From NCBI RefSeq assembly GCF_023055435.1, contig NW_025964223.1, forward strand, positions 18,042,001 through 18,106,000: 64,000 nt of DNA, in the 5' to 3' direction. The stretch is from Haliotis rufescens. Its lineage: Eukaryota. Position numbers and translations under genes: made by a program. The notes under the pieces were generated by a model that was given only the letters and a program-made list of their open reading frames with translations, made no database searches and had not been told where the DNA came from. Positions 63,294-64,000 of this stretch are shown piece after piece; position 1 is the stretch's first letter, and every line of letters starts with the position of its first letter.

Positions 63294-64000
63294 CACAATC
63301 AATCATTCTAATATTCTCCCGCACATACTAAACAGACACGCAAACACATTCAGATATCTCCCACCCCGTCACTCGAGACATACACGCACGCACACATACA
63401 CACACACACACACACTCAACCTCACTCACAAATACACCCATACCCAAATTCATGCATCTACACACACTCCATATCCTTTCTTCTGACCGTACCAACATTC
63501 ATATCCCCTCCCCACACACACCCATAACCCATAACCTCACACACTCAATTACACTTTTCATATAAAATTCATATTCAATAGTTAAGTTATTGTACACCTT
63601 GCAGCCTTTTGTGATACATTTTCTGAACACATCTCGCCAATTCTAGCTGGATACGTTCAGTGTTCATCAACCACTTATATTTATCTAACGTGGACAGTTC
63701 ACAGAAACTACTGAACTGATTATTGCATGTATCAAATAAACATTTCCTTAAAACATTGTAGAATTTGCACACCACAACAAAGTGAACTTCATCTTCGATT
63801 AACTGTTCCTGACATAGTTGACAAAGTCTATTTACCAAGGGAGTCACAGGCTTGGTATTCCTGCCACTTTCTATAGCCAGGGGAATGTTTCCACAATGTA
63901 ATGAGGCTAATATACTTCTTTGTTGTCTGGGTAGAGACATTTTCACATAGTGAGAAGTTTGGATAGTTTCTTTATATTTCCTATATGTTCGTAATTTATT
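63006..64000 (-). mobile_element. 3' end of a non-LTR retrotransposon (CR1/L2-group-like ORF2 C-terminus, 3' UTR and (TTA)n tail)
   Basis: KLRTYRKYK..LAIESGR..RLCQLC..IEDEVHFVVVCKFYNVLR is the typical CCHC-type C-terminus. ORF stops at 63587, followed by a microsatellite-rich UTR and an (ATA)n run at ~63006-63026. Confidence 0.85.

Overview
Eukaryotic, intron-containing, AT-rich animal DNA. The SINE families and IAP types suggest a mollusc, possibly a gastropod such as abalone (inference). The window is a tandem cluster of inhibitor-of-apoptosis (IAP/BIRC) genes at several stages of birth, death and fragmentation. It holds: two pseudogene relics (about 0.9-1.3 kb and 4.7-5.1 kb); two long BIR-BIR-UBA-RING genes (8328-13397, about 1084 aa; 32355-37607, about 1020 aa) with large unalignable N-terminal extensions; a recent ~6 kb tandem duplication (20311-26299 / 26300-32313) carrying a short BIR-BIR-UBA-RING gene, where copy 1 has a premature stop and intact copy 2 sits behind the duplicated promoter of the neighbouring long IAP; a head-to-head pair of BIR-only genes (43630-47055 minus; 51231-~52928 plus); and two RING-only mini-genes (54320-56801, apparently with a hydrophobic leader exon; 60281-60493). 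The BIR-only and RING-only genes together look like a 'split IAP' module. Also present: five minisatellite arrays (40, 39, 55, 65 and 90 bp units) plus a short ~43-bp array, where the 65-bp array is an amplified intron/exon junction; several tRNA-, Deu/Nin- and Meta-type SINEs; a degenerate Tc1/mariner; and the 3' end of a LINE. All gene models were built by eye from splice signals, intron phase and paralogue comparison, and have no transcript support.
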